A model generated the notes under the pieces. It ran no database searches, was not told the origin of the DNA, and saw nothing but the letters and a program-made list of their open reading frames with translations. From assembly GCA_013239625.1 (NCBI GenBank), contig MU054212.1, positions 2,480,001 to 2,544,000 on the forward strand: a stretch of DNA of 64,000 nt. The letters are read 5' to 3'. The position numbers and the translations under genes are program-made. The DNA is from Lama guanicoe. Lineage: Eukaryota. Below, in pieces: positions 49,425-63,085 of this stretch. Positions within the stretch are counted from its first letter, which is position 1. Every line of letters begins with the position of its first letter.

Positions 49425-50274
49425 CTCCCCAGCATAAGAAAATGAATGAAGCCCTAGGGTTGAAATGACTTGCCAGTTAGTGACACACTGGTCAGTGGCA
49501 GTTACTAGTATTCAATGAAGGGATTCAATTAATTAAAAAATAACTACCTCAACTCAGGATAAAAGGCTTTTCAGTGTTACCTGGATGGGTCTGGTAGAAA
49601 AACATGCTCTTCCAATGCACCCATGTCATTTTAATATCTTGGTGTATTCCACACAACTGCCCAGTCAGAGAAACACACTAGTGGCCATTGTGTGCAGATT
49701 CTGGACTATGCAGGGTTTTGCTTGTACAATACAAAGAAAAGCACTGGATTCCTGCGCCTGATGATGAAGCTTCTCAGAAGGAATGTGTCACTCTTTAAAC
49801 GATTAAAAAAGACATTTCTCTCAGCGGCCTTAGTTGGGCTTCCTCTCTTATCTTTCAGAGTGCCTGGCACATAAGGAAGTGCCCCCAGGAATTCTAAAGT
49901 CATCAGGAGACCCGTGCAGATCTGAGAGCAGCCTTCCCCCTCATTCCCTGCCTTACCCCCTGCATTTTTCCATCTCCCCAGCCCTCCTGTTTTCTGCATT
50001 TTTTAAAACTTCTTTATATTTATCCTCATGGTAGCCTGCCATGCAATAAAAGAATGGGGAAAATCTCATTAAAATTATATCAAAGGAAAAAGATGGAGTA
50101 GAGCTTGAAATTCCTGCAATCTACACACAATAACCTAATCAAGTAGAACACACAGGTTAAATGCAGTCCACCCTATGGTGAGCCCAGATGATTAAACCCC
50201 CTCTCAGGGAATTGCTACCTTCAGGATACCTAGTGGTGAGCCATATTAAAATGCAGTCATGAAAATACCTCACA

Positions 50275-50470
50275 TTTTAGAGAACTTTTAACCTTCCCAC
50301 TCACTTTCACAACTATTTATCTTACTGACTTCTGCATATGGGCCCTGGGGGGTGAGAAAAACTATTGCTATTATCCCGTTTTGATAGTTAAGGCAAAGGA
50401 GGCAGTGACATTTCTCTGAGGTCCCCTAGTTAGTGATGTGGAAGCCAGGCTAAGAGCTCAGTCTTGGTTA
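50275..50470 (-). mobile_element. MIR fragment
   Basis: cactttcacaa..tattatcccgtttt..gtgacatt..gaggtc..gttagtg..gaagccagg. Confidence 0.55.
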
Positions 50471-51109
50471 AAGTGGACCCCAGGCTGAAAAGATATCACA
50501 TGACTGACCTAACAATTGTACTAGCATCTTCCTCTCCCTCGGCTTCTTGTTGGAATTTGGCATGGCCTGAATAAGTGGGAGAACACAGCATTTGCCTAAA
50601 ATTGAAAGTCAGGGTCCTGAAATCTGTCTTCGCTTGGAAACACGAGAATAACAGGAAGAACAGAAATCCATATGCACAGTGCCGCGGTCAGTACACGGAA
50701 TAAATAAAACTCTTACTAAAAGTGTACTGATTCTTCTCAAGGTTAATTCAAACTAGTTTCAGTCGGGGCATATTTTCTCAATCAAAGAATATTAAAAGTA
50801 GAATGTACAGGATAGTGGGGAGGTTTGAAAAAAAATTTTTTAGCCTTAAAAAGAGGCCCCAGATTCTAAGGGATTGTAAATCACTTAAGACTATTTCTTT
50901 GCTGACCCTCCACTCAAAATTCACCCATTCTGATTTCCATTCCTTCAGGGGCCTGATCTCTACTTTAAAACGATAGTAAGCTAATATGATAATATAATAC
51001 ATATTAATAATTTAATGCTCACCCTTCCTAGGTAATATATGTGCATTTTAAAATGAGCCTTTTTAGACAACACACTTTAATCTGAAGCAAACTTTCGAAC
51101 GCGTCGTTC

Positions 51110-51320
51110 TCTAGGTCTGACCTCTCACATGAGCTCCAGACCTGTATATTCTCAGCTTACTAAACATCTCCGCTCAAACCTCCCAGAGGCACTGTATTTC
51201 AGTGTGTTCAAAACTGATCTTCATCTCAGTCAATGACAACACCAATCATCTGTTTGTCAATGCCGGAGACCTGCGAGTTATTCTAGGTTCTTTACGACCC
51301 CACCCCCAGTTTATAGCTGG
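51110..51320 (+). mobile_element. L2 fragment
   Basis: gacctctc..gagctccagacctgtatatt..aacatctcc..ctcagtcaatgacaacacca. Confidence 0.7.
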
Positions 51321-51339
51321 GTCAATCCATATAACTCCG

Positions 51340-51620
51340 CATGTCCCAAATTGTGTTCCATGAATATCCTGTTAAGAGGCAAAATAGTTTCCGTGATCAA
51401 ATATGCTTGGAAAAACTGGGCTAGACAAAATTATTATAAGACTTAAGAGTTTCTAATACGTTGCCTGGCATTACAAATACTCAGAAGGAAAATATACTAC
51501 TTAGTTACCATGATAAGATATATTTGAATTGTTTTACGATCTTGAACTGTCTCATGCAACATCTGTGATGTTGATGCGTAGTGTTATACCAGTGTACATA
51601 TTTTTTTAAAATACTGAACT
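51340..51620. mobile_element. hAT-Charlie (MER103-like) fragment
   Basis: tcccaaattgtgttccatgaa..ttccgtgatcaaata..ttggaaaaactggg. Confidence 0.45.
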
Positions 51621-51719
51621 GCTGAGGCATTAACATGATTTGAAAGCCAGGAATGTGAAAGAAAACATGTCTTTCCAAATATTTATTGGAAAATCCGAGT
51701 CAAAATAGCACTGATATTT

Positions 51720-52640
51720 TGAGGGCACTTTTGCATGAAATGTGTTTATGTGCATAAGAACAGGAGAAGGTGGAAAGGATGGATGCTCTCATACAGGGAA
51801 AACAGAAGTTACCTCTGGGATGTGTTGTTAAAGAGGAAAGAAGGAGGTTGTCAAGGCGTGTTCTGCACCTGTCTATATGGTTTGACTTTGTTACAGCATG
51901 CATATGTTACTTTTGTAATTTGATTTCCTAAAAAATCAATACAGGAAAAAAACAAATAAATAAAATGCCTAGGATAGTAAGTATTATCTTAAAAAATCAA
52001 TTTAAAAAAAATGCAAGAAGAGCTAAGATATTTCTTAAAAAACAAAATAATTTGAACTTCTCTTACCAATTATTATAATGTCCTTAAAGCCATAGTCATT
52101 TTTTAAATGAGAGAGTGACACGGGTATATCAACACACAGATGAGTGAAATCGAATATAAATAGCATAAATAGAATCGAGGAGATATGAAATTTAGTGCAG
52201 GCATTCCAAAGCAGTGCAGACAGATAAACTCGGCAAATTTTATTAAAACAATAGACTTGCCATTTCCCAAATAAATATGCTTGTATTCCTAACTTATTTA
52301 TATACCAAAATAAATTCCAGATGGATCAAAGATTTTAAAGTTATCCATGAAGCCATGAAAATAATTGAGGAAAATGTGGATAACTACTTTTATAATCCTG
52401 GTTTGAAGGAAGCCTCTTTAAACTTATATAAAAGCCAGACATGAGAAAAACAAAAGATTTTATTTACAATCAAAAAATTATGCATCTGACAATTAGAAAA
52501 TGCTCTAGAGCAAAAAACCACTCACTGCAAGGTTGAAATACAAACAATGCATAGAGGAAAATGCAACATAAATGACAGAAAGCTAACATCTTATTGCTTT
52601 AAAGACCCCTTTCAAATCAGCGAGAAAAAGCAGAGGCAAA
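51720..52640 (+). mobile_element. Degraded L1M fragments (3' UTR and ORF2)
   Basis: gttacctctggga; tataccaaaataaattccagatggatcaaagattt. Confidence 0.65.
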
Positions 52641-52720
52641 AATTATAAGCCCCGATTTCTTAAACTCAGCTTTAATTTAAATTAAAGTTAAAATCAGAGG
52701 TCATAAGCCTTTCATAGCAG

Positions 52721-52757
52721 GAATATTGAGAGAATATTGAGAGAATATTGAGAGAAT
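52721..52757 (+). repeat. 11-bp tandem repeat (gaatattgaga) x about 3.4
   Basis: Direct reading. Confidence 0.9.
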
Positions 52758-52788
52758 GAATCACTGATCAAGGCTTTCACATTTTATT

Positions 52789-52931
52789 TAAAGATAAGGA
52801 AGAAACTGCAGGATATTTAAAACTCAAACATTTATATTTAAAACTTGGACACTTATATTTTAAACCCAGGTACTTATATTTTAAACTCAGATAAAGATAA
52901 GGAAGAAACTGCAGGATATTTAAAACTCAAA
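52789..52931 (+). repeat. Perfect 40-bp direct repeat enclosing three 21-bp units
   Basis: taaagataaggaagaaactgcaggatatttaaaactcaaa at 52789-52828 and 52892-52931. Confidence 0.95.
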
Positions 52932-55900
52932 GAAATTAAGAATAAAAATACAACCCAGATTGTAGTGAAGATTCTTTCTTATTATTTTTATACTTAGTCA
53001 GTGTCTTTTCATTATAAAATTAAACCCTGTATAGGCTCATTTGCAAGAAGTTCTCCTGTGAGGTTCTAGTTTATAAATAATGTTTTATTAACATACAATC
53101 TTTAATCTTGAAATTAATAAATGTTTATTTGTTATAGGAAAACTATTTATTCACTGCTCATTTGTTATGTAAAAAATGAATTTAAGTTAATTCATCGATG
53201 TAATATTTAACCCATTGATTTTTTACCTACATTATTCTAAACACTTCAAAATACTTAGGGGCACACTTCATTCTTCTTCAGGTCTCACAGGAAACCCCTT
53301 TCCCACAAAATTAGGATTTCTCTCTTTTGCTCCCCTTTCTTCATTGCTCGCCCAGGGGAGTCCTTTACTGACCCTCGTGGAGGAAATTCTGCCTCATCTT
53401 GATCAGCGGCATTGCCTGCATCGTGAGACTTTTGTTCCTGAAGCTTTAGCAAGATTTAGGCTTTGGAAATACAAAAACTAGAGACCAGAGTCTATGGTCG
53501 ATGGGGAGACTCTGCCACGGTGAGAAAGATGGAGAGATAAAACAAACATTAGTACAAAATTATTTTCTCATCGCATTTGTTGTTCTAGTACATCTTCGCA
53601 CTCCTGCAAAGGAAATTTACTCCTCCTCCAGGTGCTCCCAGCGAACAACATCTCTGTCCCAAACTAGTTTTTTGGAACAGTATGTCTCTCAAGCAAGTAC
53701 AGGTGCTAACTTCCTCAGGCTCAAGTTGGTGAGCCCTTACTTCGGAGAAAATTTCTTGCCTCGCTTAACTGGGGGTCACTTAAACTAGGAGACACTCAGC
53801 TTCTCCCTTCTGCACTTACAGCCCTATCCACCAGAGAAAGTCTGACCACAGCAAGACTATTTCATATCAGTGTATAGTTTCAAGATAGTGGGTGGCTCTC
53901 TCCACAGCTGCCACGGCACTTGCTGGGGCACAGGAAACCTTTGTTCTTTGGGTGCTACTTTGTGGCTCAGGAATTCCTGCAAATCTGTGTATAGTCTCTG
54001 AGGACTGGCTGTCTCACCATCTCCCTCTGGTATTACCCATACAGCTGGGCACAGAGCCATCCCTCCAGCACCCATCAACATCCCTGCTCTTATCTTCCCA
54101 AGCAGTCCCCTCTACTCTCTGACCCAGGGGAATCTTCCTTTAGTCCAAGAGGAAGCCCTCCTCAGACCCTTTTCTACCAAACTCTACCTACATCCCAAGT
54201 CTTCTGGGTTCTTCCCAGGGCTTAGATTTTAGAAACCAAAGCTATTTCTCTTTCTCCTTAGATACCTGTCACATCCCTCCCTTGTGGCAATGACTCTAGA
54301 GGACTTACTTAATCAGATGGGGCAGTAGAGGAAAAAGGGAGAATAATAGCAGGGGAGAAAGAAAGAGAAAAACATCAGTTAATATTTTTAAATGCCATCA
54401 CATTTGCATCTGCTATTACCTGATTTAGAACTGTCTTGTTCTTAAATCCCAGTAGAAATTAGTAATTGAAAGATGCCTTCCCTACAGGCTATTTTTCTTG
54501 TTCTCAGATCATAAGCCTTGCTCTTTGCTTATCCTCAGCCTGGAAGTATGTTTTACACCTTCACCAAGAAGCCTGGACCCATTTTTATAGCAAACACCTC
54601 TCTCTCCATTATTCCACTAAGGCATTCTCTGCCTACAGCTCCTGGACCACTTTACATTTCATTAGGTGCTTCATCAGGAAGGGGAGAAAGGAGTAGGCTT
54701 GCTCAGAATGACTGCCTTCATTTGTTGATTTCTTTGTTTTGCACCAGAAAGCATTTCTGCATCTCAGTTGGCATATTCAAGCACAGTCAAGAGAAACCCC
54801 TCCTGTCAATTCCAATTCCACTCCATTTACTGGCATACACAGTTGAATGAGCTGTTTAAGCAGGGTTGTTATGAAAAGAAATGCATTTGAATTTGCATTC
54901 CATATTCTTTCAATTATTTATCGGTTGGGGTAACCCATATCTGTGACTTTTCCCCTCTACCCTTCTGAATCATCAAGAGAAAGCAGAAGGAAGAGTAACT
55001 CAGCACTTTTTCAAGGCCTGATGGTGATTACTGCTTACTGTGCTGAACTGATCTTCATTAAGGACTCGTATCCTGGCTTCTCATCATAGCCTTTCAGACC
55101 TCTGAAGGTCTCTGGGTCTGGGGCCACCACTCTACGGAGCTAGATGAGATCAAGTGTGATTTGAGAGGCTCCACCAGATACCAGGTGTTCTACCTTCCCG
55201 AAATCCCCAATATTGAAGTTGTTTTTGAGGCTGCTTTCAGGAAAAGCCCTAATTAGTTACTATTTGAGTGATTCTTCGGGGGTTTGGAGCAGGCCCCTTA
55301 AAGGTCACTGTTAGAATGTATATCTGTGGCCTGACTGCCATGGGGAGTCTCCCCTAATTTTCTCTCATTATCATCTTAGCTAACCATCACCAGGGAAGGC
55401 TCAGAGAAGCTGGCCCTGCAAGGGAGAGTTTCTGTAAAGAACCTCAGGACTATACCCTGAACGGTGAAAGGATAGGGGTTGATTATCCATTATTCAGCCA
55501 CCTGACTATGAAATTCAGGCATGCAAAACAGGTCCTTACTTTAGAAAACAAACAAAATGTATGTCTCTTCAATTAAACCTAGGAGACCAAGAACAAAGGG
55601 ATAAAGGCAGTCACCCCTCATTCCAGGGCTGGAATAAGTTACCAAACTCGTATTGTTAATCCAGCCCCCTTTCAATTTAGTCCATTCCAATATTACTTGT
55701 TTCCACCAAAGTTTATGTAGCCATTTGGTGATTTCCTTAGGTTTTGTTTTTTTAATCTTTAAAAAAGGGCTGTGTTGGAAAACTGGGTGATGTGTCACTA
55801 GAAGCAAATACGAGATTATAAAGAACTGACATGGTAACTAAAAGTAGATTACAGAACAAAAGCCTAGAGAAAAGGAACATAAACAAAATTAAAGGGCAGC

Positions 55901-56844
55901 ATTTGGAGGTCCTTTAATTGCATGGTAATTGGGAGTCAAAGCAGAATCTATTTAGAATCCACAAGGCCTATTAGGAGTCCAGAGGACCAACAGCAAGTCA
56001 ACCAAAATTAGGAAAAGAAATCAGACTTTAATTGTAAACAGAAGACTAATCATTAGCTGTTCCCTTTCCCTAGAGTAAGTCATGGATAGTTGCCTGACAT
56101 TTTACATTTTACTTTAAGTAAAAAAAAATTACACAAGTGGCCTACTCATTAGCAGGGTATTTTTTTGTGTTAGTGGCCATCAGAAATCTAGCTAAAGTCC
56201 AAGATTAAAAAACATCTTCCCAATTCCTCCACAATAACACACTCTCCAAATTGTCTTGTATCCACTACAGGTCTACAACTGTGATCAGGGGACACCACTT
56301 TTCGTATGTGCTCACCTGTGGCTTCATGCCAAGTCACTGCCTGACATGCAGACCAACTACACGTATGTTGAAAATATAGTTAGTCAACCCAAAGACTTTT
56401 GGAAATGTGTCTCACCACTAAGTAACAAAGAACTCTCTTCAGTAGCTGCCAGGGTCATATGATAGAGGTACATAAGGTCAACATAAATCATAATTACATA
56501 CACATTGATATAAGATCAACAATTCTAAAACTGGTAACATCTTAATGACCATGCTGATTATATAGTAGTCAAATATGATTTTTAATACTTAACCTGACCA
56601 TAACACCTTTAACTGCATTCGGGTTCCATTAGCCTAATACATTAGAACAACCTGTTGTTCAGTTAGAAATGAAATTATAACAAACACTGTTGAAATGGCA
56701 GATTATGTTGAAAATTACCAACTGCTAATATATATAAAATTCCCCCAATCTCTTAACCTTTGGTTTCATTTTAATACCCTACCATTCCTTTGTCAGATCC
56801 CTATAGTAATCTGCTCTGTGTAGGTTCTAGGAACATTCCTATGG

Positions 56845-56850
<6 letters not shown>

Positions 56851-56905
<55 letters not shown>
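56851..56905 (+). repeat. (TAA)n microsatellite
   Basis: About 18 units, direct reading. Confidence 0.95.
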
Positions 56906-56906
<1 letters not shown>

Positions 56907-57064
56907 GAACTAAGTCTACTTTTTTATTTTAGTTTACTAAATATTAAGTTCTTTATTAAGTGGGTTTTTTTAGCTTTTGTGGAGGAGCCACAAAGTTCAT
57001 ATCCCAAGGACTTCATGTTACATAGTTTTAAAAAGAAAGCATTAAGTCTATCATCCATTTAAAA

Positions 57065-58120
57065 AGTACATGATGAGCATTGGAAAGACTACAAAAATGT
57101 ATAAAGTGTCACAGTACTAATATAATAAAACAATGCCACAGGAGCTCAAGGAGGGAGAGAGAGCTTCCAGGGAAAGGATTAGGAAGACTACACAGAGGTG
57201 ATAGAAAAAGAACAAGGCTGAGAAAAGTCAAAAGAATTCTGTTTGATAGCTGAGCTGATTGATATTCCATTCATTTATTTAGTGTATATCTCTTGAGCTA
57301 AAAAATGTCATGGGTGGATATGCAGAGGCAGATACACTCTGAATGTTGGCATAACTACCAGCAGACTGGCTAAGTTAGGGCTGTGGTCAGAGATACTGTT
57401 CTCAAGGTATTGACTGGGCTTGGACTGACTCTCTTGGAGGGCCCTGAATGCCAGCCTGACAAGTCTGGGCTTTATTCCGGGCAACATGAAGCCAGAAGAG
57501 AATGAGAATTAGATGATCTAACCTCTGGTGAGGTTTATAGCTAGGAGAGGAACAGTAGTCTCAGGTTTAACTTGGGTAAAGGGAAGGGAGTCAAGGACAG
57601 AAGGCAGATGGAAGGTGGTATTTAAAGCCACCAATTTATAGATTATCTAGGGAGGACCACATGTAGACTAGAGTGACAAGAAAGTAAGATCAAAGAGACC
57701 ACACTGGAAAATACGAGACTGAAGGAGTGGACAGTGGTCAGAAACAGAAGAACTGGGGGAAATGGGGTCTCAGGCACCCAGAAAGTGAGTTTGATGAAAT
57801 AGAGAGTGAACAATGCACCTTAACGCTACAGAGAGGTCACATAGGATGGAAACTGAAAGTGGGCAATTAGGAGTACTTGATAAACCAATGTGCACAGTTT
57901 TGTAGTTTTGTGGGAACAAAAGCCAGAATATTGTGGATTTTGAAGAATGAGTGAAAGGGAGGAAGAGACAAAAGCCAGGCAGAATACTCTTTGAAGAAAT
58001 AGAGCTAAAACGGACTCTAGCAAGGAATAGTAGTATCTTGGCCAAGGAAAGAATTCTTTAAGATAGGGGAGATCTGAGAGCATTTATATGTTTTAGGGAA
58101 GGAGTCAGAGAAAGGGAAAA
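57065..58120 (-). mobile_element. Degraded L2 fragments
   Basis: ggccctgaatgccagcctga..tgggctttattc; gtatttaaagcca; gagaggtca..aggat; actctttgaagaa. Confidence 0.7.
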
Positions 58121-59959
58121 TTAAAGCCACAGGGGTAAAAAATGAATCAACTGATAGAGTAAAAATATATAATCTAGAAAGTACTTTATAAGAAGCAATA
58201 AGCAGGGAACAAATGCCATGGTTTTCCAGGACCCTTGAAACCTACCACCACAGAGAGAGTCAGGAACAACATCAGCATGTTGAGAAAAAAAGACAAAGTT
58301 AAAAAAAAAATAGGAAGCTCCAATCAGGGCCAGGAATGTATTGAAACACAACACAGTTGTCCAGCATGTGATGATGAGGACCTCATCGGGGGACCTGAAC
58401 AACATTCCAGGATGACATCTCCGTACATGCCTACTGCCTCTACTGCTGAAGCATCACAGATGCTCCTGACAATCAAATAAGTTCCAAGGGAGGTTAGTCC
58501 CTGTTTTCAAAGACTGACACTTGTAGGCACTCCTTGAAAAGGGCGGGAGGGATTTCCCAGCTGTGGGTTTGATAGATTCAGCCAGGTCTGTGGAAGTGAC
58601 AGGAAGAGTGAAGAAAGGTTCCTTTATACTAAAACAGCTATAAAGGGTAGGCTGCCTTGTTTCATCTACCCTTGGACAAACTGGTATAATTCTTGATGGC
58701 ATTTTAATTAAGTAGAGGAGAATTAGAATGAGCAAGTAAAATTTACCACATTATATAAATGACTTCCAGTAAATTCCTCAAGATGCAACCCCAAATACTT
58801 CACTGGGACAGTCGTAGCAAGTTAACTGCTGAATTTCTGAAGTGAATGCTTTGAGGACAGCACAGGTCTCTACAAAATCTCCAGTTACTCCCACTTTCCA
58901 AAGGGTACCTACCCACTGACCACTGAACAAGGTTATGTTGTAAAAGATCCAGGCTGAGCAGAGACCCACTGGGAGGGCTACAGGCTCTCTAAATTATCCC
59001 AGGGCCTCTTGGTTTTGCCCATTAGAAGGTTAATCCTAATTCCTGTAAATGAACCAGATTTGAAAATAGGTGTTTAGGAACAGAAGCGGCCCCAATGCCA
59101 TGGCTCACAAAGCAGCCGGGCAAGTAGCATGTTCAGTGCACCGTTCAATGATAATAGGTTTATTGAGAGAAATAAAGGCTAAACTGGGGATAGTGGAGAG
59201 CATTTTACCCTATATGACCTCTTAGAAAAGTCACCTAGGGTGTCCTGGGGGAAGCAGAGCAGATAGGAGGAAAGTGGGAACATGGTCTCCCTCTACCTCC
59301 CCATCTGAGTTGGTGGCCCCTTGTTATAAAACTAAAATAGAAAAAAGAAAATATTTCCAATTACTTTTACAATTATTTTATTTGTCATTATTTTCTGTAT
59401 TGAAGTGGGTCAATTATTTGTCAAGTTCTCTTGTTCAGTCTCCATTATTAGGACACAACAGAGCCCACAAACACTATCGGGACAGCATCATCTTCTCCAA
59501 ATCTCTCCCAGCTCCTGTCCCTGAGGACACTCTCTGTCCCCACAGACCACAGATACACAAAGGCACACCCAGAAATCCTGACAGCTCTTCTCAACCAGAA
59601 GCTGGGCAAAAAGAACGTGGGTGGAATAAATCATAATTTGGGGGGTCTAAAGTTCCACGTTGCATTGCATTGTTTATTTCACCAACCCCAAAATTCTGCT
59701 TTAAAAAAAATGTTTAAGTCATTCTGTCTATGGAAAGAGAAAATTATATGGATTGTTAATTCTCTTTATGCCTTTTTGCATAAAGATCATTGGGTTTTCA
59801 GACCACTGATTCTGCACATACATACACACACCACATTTTAGCAGCCTGCATGTGCTTCTTTGCAAATGTTAATATCTCTTTGTTAATGGGAATTCTTGTA
59901 GTGGGTGTACATATGTACACTATATACTGTTTTTGAGTGATTTTTCCCCTCCTGCTTCC

Positions 59960-60555
59960 CATTATTTTCTAAAATAATATTTTCCCTACTTGCAAATGGA
60001 ATACTTGTTTATTATAGAAAACTTAGGAAGGAAAGGAAAGCACAAAGGAGAAAATAAAAATCATTCATAAGCCCCTACACAGAAATAAACACTCTTATTT
60101 TGGTGTATATACTTCTAACCTGGTTTTCTATGCATAAATACAGTTTTTTTCCTTCCAAAATAGCATTATACTATGTATACTATTTTATAAACAGGTATTT
60201 TTCACTTAATATGTAACACACATTTTTCGATACCATTACATATTCTTCAAAGCATAATTTTCAGAAGATGCATAACATGCCATGTACCTAAAGTTATTCA
60301 TCCCCTATTTTTGGATATTTAAGTTGCTGTCAGTATATTATTATTAATAGCCAAATTATGTTGAACATCCTTTTATCCTTGCTTAAATCCAGAATTATTT
60401 CCTGTAAACTGAGTTGCTGAGTCATTGGGATTAGACAATTATTAAGGCTTTCTATATACTGCTTTTCAGAAAGATTGTACATTTTACATTCTTACCAGCA
60501 GTATATCAGAGTGCATTTCCCCTCATTTTCCAACACTAGGTTTTCCAGTATTTTG
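59960..60555 (-). mobile_element. L1ME-like 3' end
   Basis: ttattatagaaaacttagg..gaaaataaaaatcattcataa; cccctattttggatatttaagttg; cttaccagcagtatat. Confidence 0.8.
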
Positions 60556-60924
60556 ACATTCTGTCCTTTTGGAATTTGACCATTGTCTCTAAACAGTAAA
60601 TGAATGGTGTTAGACCTGTCAGGCAAAACCGGCCGTCAACATATTAAATCTGATCACTGAACACTGTTCTAATGTGCCTCCCATACCCTCACTTTCTATG
60701 GCTAATCTGTTCTTTTTCATCCACCAAAATGTTTCTGATCAGATACCTAAATGCTCTTAAGTAAAAATAAAGGCAATTTCAAACAGTTGGGGATAGAGAT
60801 TCCAAATATGGTTCTATAAAATGTAATGAGGTTTTGAATTGTAAAACTCTCAGTTGAGGGGAGAGTTCTCGGCAATGACTGTGATACTAACAGGAAGATC
60901 TAAAAAGCAAACAGCTCAGATCCC

Positions 60925-61120
60925 TGAACGGACCTCTGAGGAACGAAAGCTGGGTAAAAGCTAGCAGGATTGAACAGAACAATATCAGAGTAAATAGACT
61001 GTACCGATTCCAAGAGATAAGATTGATGAAATCCAGTGTAGTGCTAATATAACCCACCCACATAGTTATATAAATAGGATTGTGGAAGACAGCTTATGGA
61101 AATGTGTGCCCTAGGAAAAA
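60925..61120 (+). mobile_element. Very degraded CR1/L3-like RT fragment
   Basis: gaggaacgaaagctgggt (EERKLG, similar to DDTKLG), followed at plausible spacing by gatgaaat and aaataggat..gac..gaaaaa. Confidence 0.3.
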
Positions 61121-62189
61121 AGAAAAAAAAGGAAAAAAATTCAAGCTGTGTCAGGCCAAGGCAGCAGGCTTGTTTTATGTAATGAACAAACTCTCTCCCC
61201 AAAGAATCCTCCTAAAACTGGATCTGAGCCTGATAGGCTAATGTAAAATGGATGTATTGAAAATAGTTTCTTTCAACTACTAATGCTGGTACAGATGAAG
61301 TTATGATCTACAACCAATTTCTGGTCTTAAGCAGCTTGGAGCTCAGTAATTAGTATGAAAGGTAACTTCTAGCCATGTTTGACAGAGAAACCCATTATTT
61401 CTGTGCGAGGCCGCCACCTGGCCTGCAAGTCCACCAAAGTAGTAAATGAGTCCCGGGATGCTTAGGAAAAGCTGACACATGGAACTAATCTTTAATTTAT
61501 TGATTCACTACCTCACTGAAAAAAAGTAGTATATCAATAAATGACTTCAGTTAAGAAGTTAAGGTCCAAGAAGAAACGATGAGGGTTTGCTGGAATACAT
61601 TGAGTACATCAAGGTTTATAGAAAATAAAATCAAGGGCTTCGGGGAGAAAATTGATGTCTGGTAAGGACAGAAGAGCATCAAACAATATAAACTTTAAGA
61701 TCAACAGACTTGAAGATCTATTTTATTATGTCCTTCCTTTTTTCCTGCCTTCTTATTTGTACAAAATAAAAAATAACAACAATAAACTGCAAATTTTCAA
61801 ATAAACTAATCTAAAAACAGCAAGTGGAATGAATAATTTAGAACTCTAGGATCCAGCAAAATATGACTTTGTAATTTATACATAATTATAATGATCAATT
61901 AAAGAAATCACTGTATGAAAATTAAAAATAGGGAATCCTAAAATGATTAAACAAAAAAGGAAAGTAAAAGAGAAAAGGCAATGATGTAAAATTAAAATAA
62001 TCCTTAATTCTGAAGATGAAAATGGTCCCTAAACATATTTAAATTACTTCTTGCTCTTGTAGTCTTATATTACTCTTTCATAAGAAAAAATTGTAAAATT
62101 TTTCTTTATACCAAGAGAAAATGTTGTTAAAACATATTTTGAGTGTCCATAATATGACATATTAATAATCTAGAGATGTGCAAAATTAT

Positions 62190-62595
62190 TTCTTTTTAAT
62201 AAACATGAAAAGCTGATTTTGAATAAAATTTTAGAAAAATTTTATAATATACATGTAGTGTAATTTTTGAGAAGCTTTAATGAAGAACAGACCTACCCGT
62301 GATGCCATTCTTCAACACAACTGTTAAAAATTTTGTGTATTCCTTTTCAACATTTTTATTCGTTTTAATGTTTATTATAGAGTTACCACCATAGTGTTCA
62401 TAAAATTGGGTATCTTTTTTTCACTTACCAGTATATCAGAAGCATTTTTCATGTTACTGCATGAGAGCTACCAAATAGTCTTCGCAGTGTGTCATAATTT
62501 TTTATTGCTTTTGTTGGACATTTGAGTTACATTTATGTATTGCTATGCTATAAAAACCACTGTGATGAACATCTTAATGCTTTGATTGCCTATAG
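62190..62595 (-). mobile_element. L1ME-like fragment (continues at about 63090-63150)
   Basis: ttttttcactta..gcattttt; ttggacatttgagtt; ctgtgatgaacatctt. Confidence 0.65.
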
Positions 62596-62597
62596 AA

Positions 62598-63085
62598 ATT
62601 GATTGCAAAAATGCCAGCAGTTCTTCCCCTTTCAGCATCCATGCCCTCTTGCCATGCAACTGTTGAGTGCCCTCCCGCTCTGACTCAGACATGTGACTTA
62701 CTTGGCAAATAGGATATTAGCAACCATGGTGCATGCACGTGTTTTCACATTGGAGCCTGCTCCCTTGCTCTCCTGGGAACTCTGCCACCATATCAACAAG
62801 CCCAAGCTAGCTTGCTAGATGATGAGACACACAGCCCAGTTGCTCTTACCCCTTCTCCAGACTTGCCAATCACCCCACATATAAGTGAAGCCATCCTCGA
62901 TCACTCAGCCACCAGCCAACACTCCAAATGAACACAGAGATTTGAGCAAACGTTGAAATCAACAGAGCTGGCCCAGACAAGAAGAAATGCCAGTGACCCA
63001 CAGAATCATGAGCCAAATAAATGGTTATTAGTTCAAACCACTTTGTTTTGGAGTGATTTGTCATACAGCAGATATAATTAATATA
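62598..63085 (+). mobile_element. MaLR LTR (MLT1G/H-like)
   Basis: gattgcaaaaatg..tgtgacttacttggcaaat..aacaagcccaagctagc..cccacagaatcatgagc.aaataaatggtt..ttttggagtgatttgt. Confidence 0.85.

Noticed and set aside
52789..52931. CRISPR-like repeat-spacer array
   Set aside because: Mammalian DNA, only two repeat copies, the spacer is itself a tandem repeat, and no cas genes are present.
56790..57062. Poly-Ile membrane peptide ORF
   Set aside because: Translation of a (TAA)n microsatellite.
59905..59920. 16-bp perfect palindrome gtgtacatatgtacac
   Set aside because: Real, but low-complexity purine-pyrimidine alternation with no supporting context.
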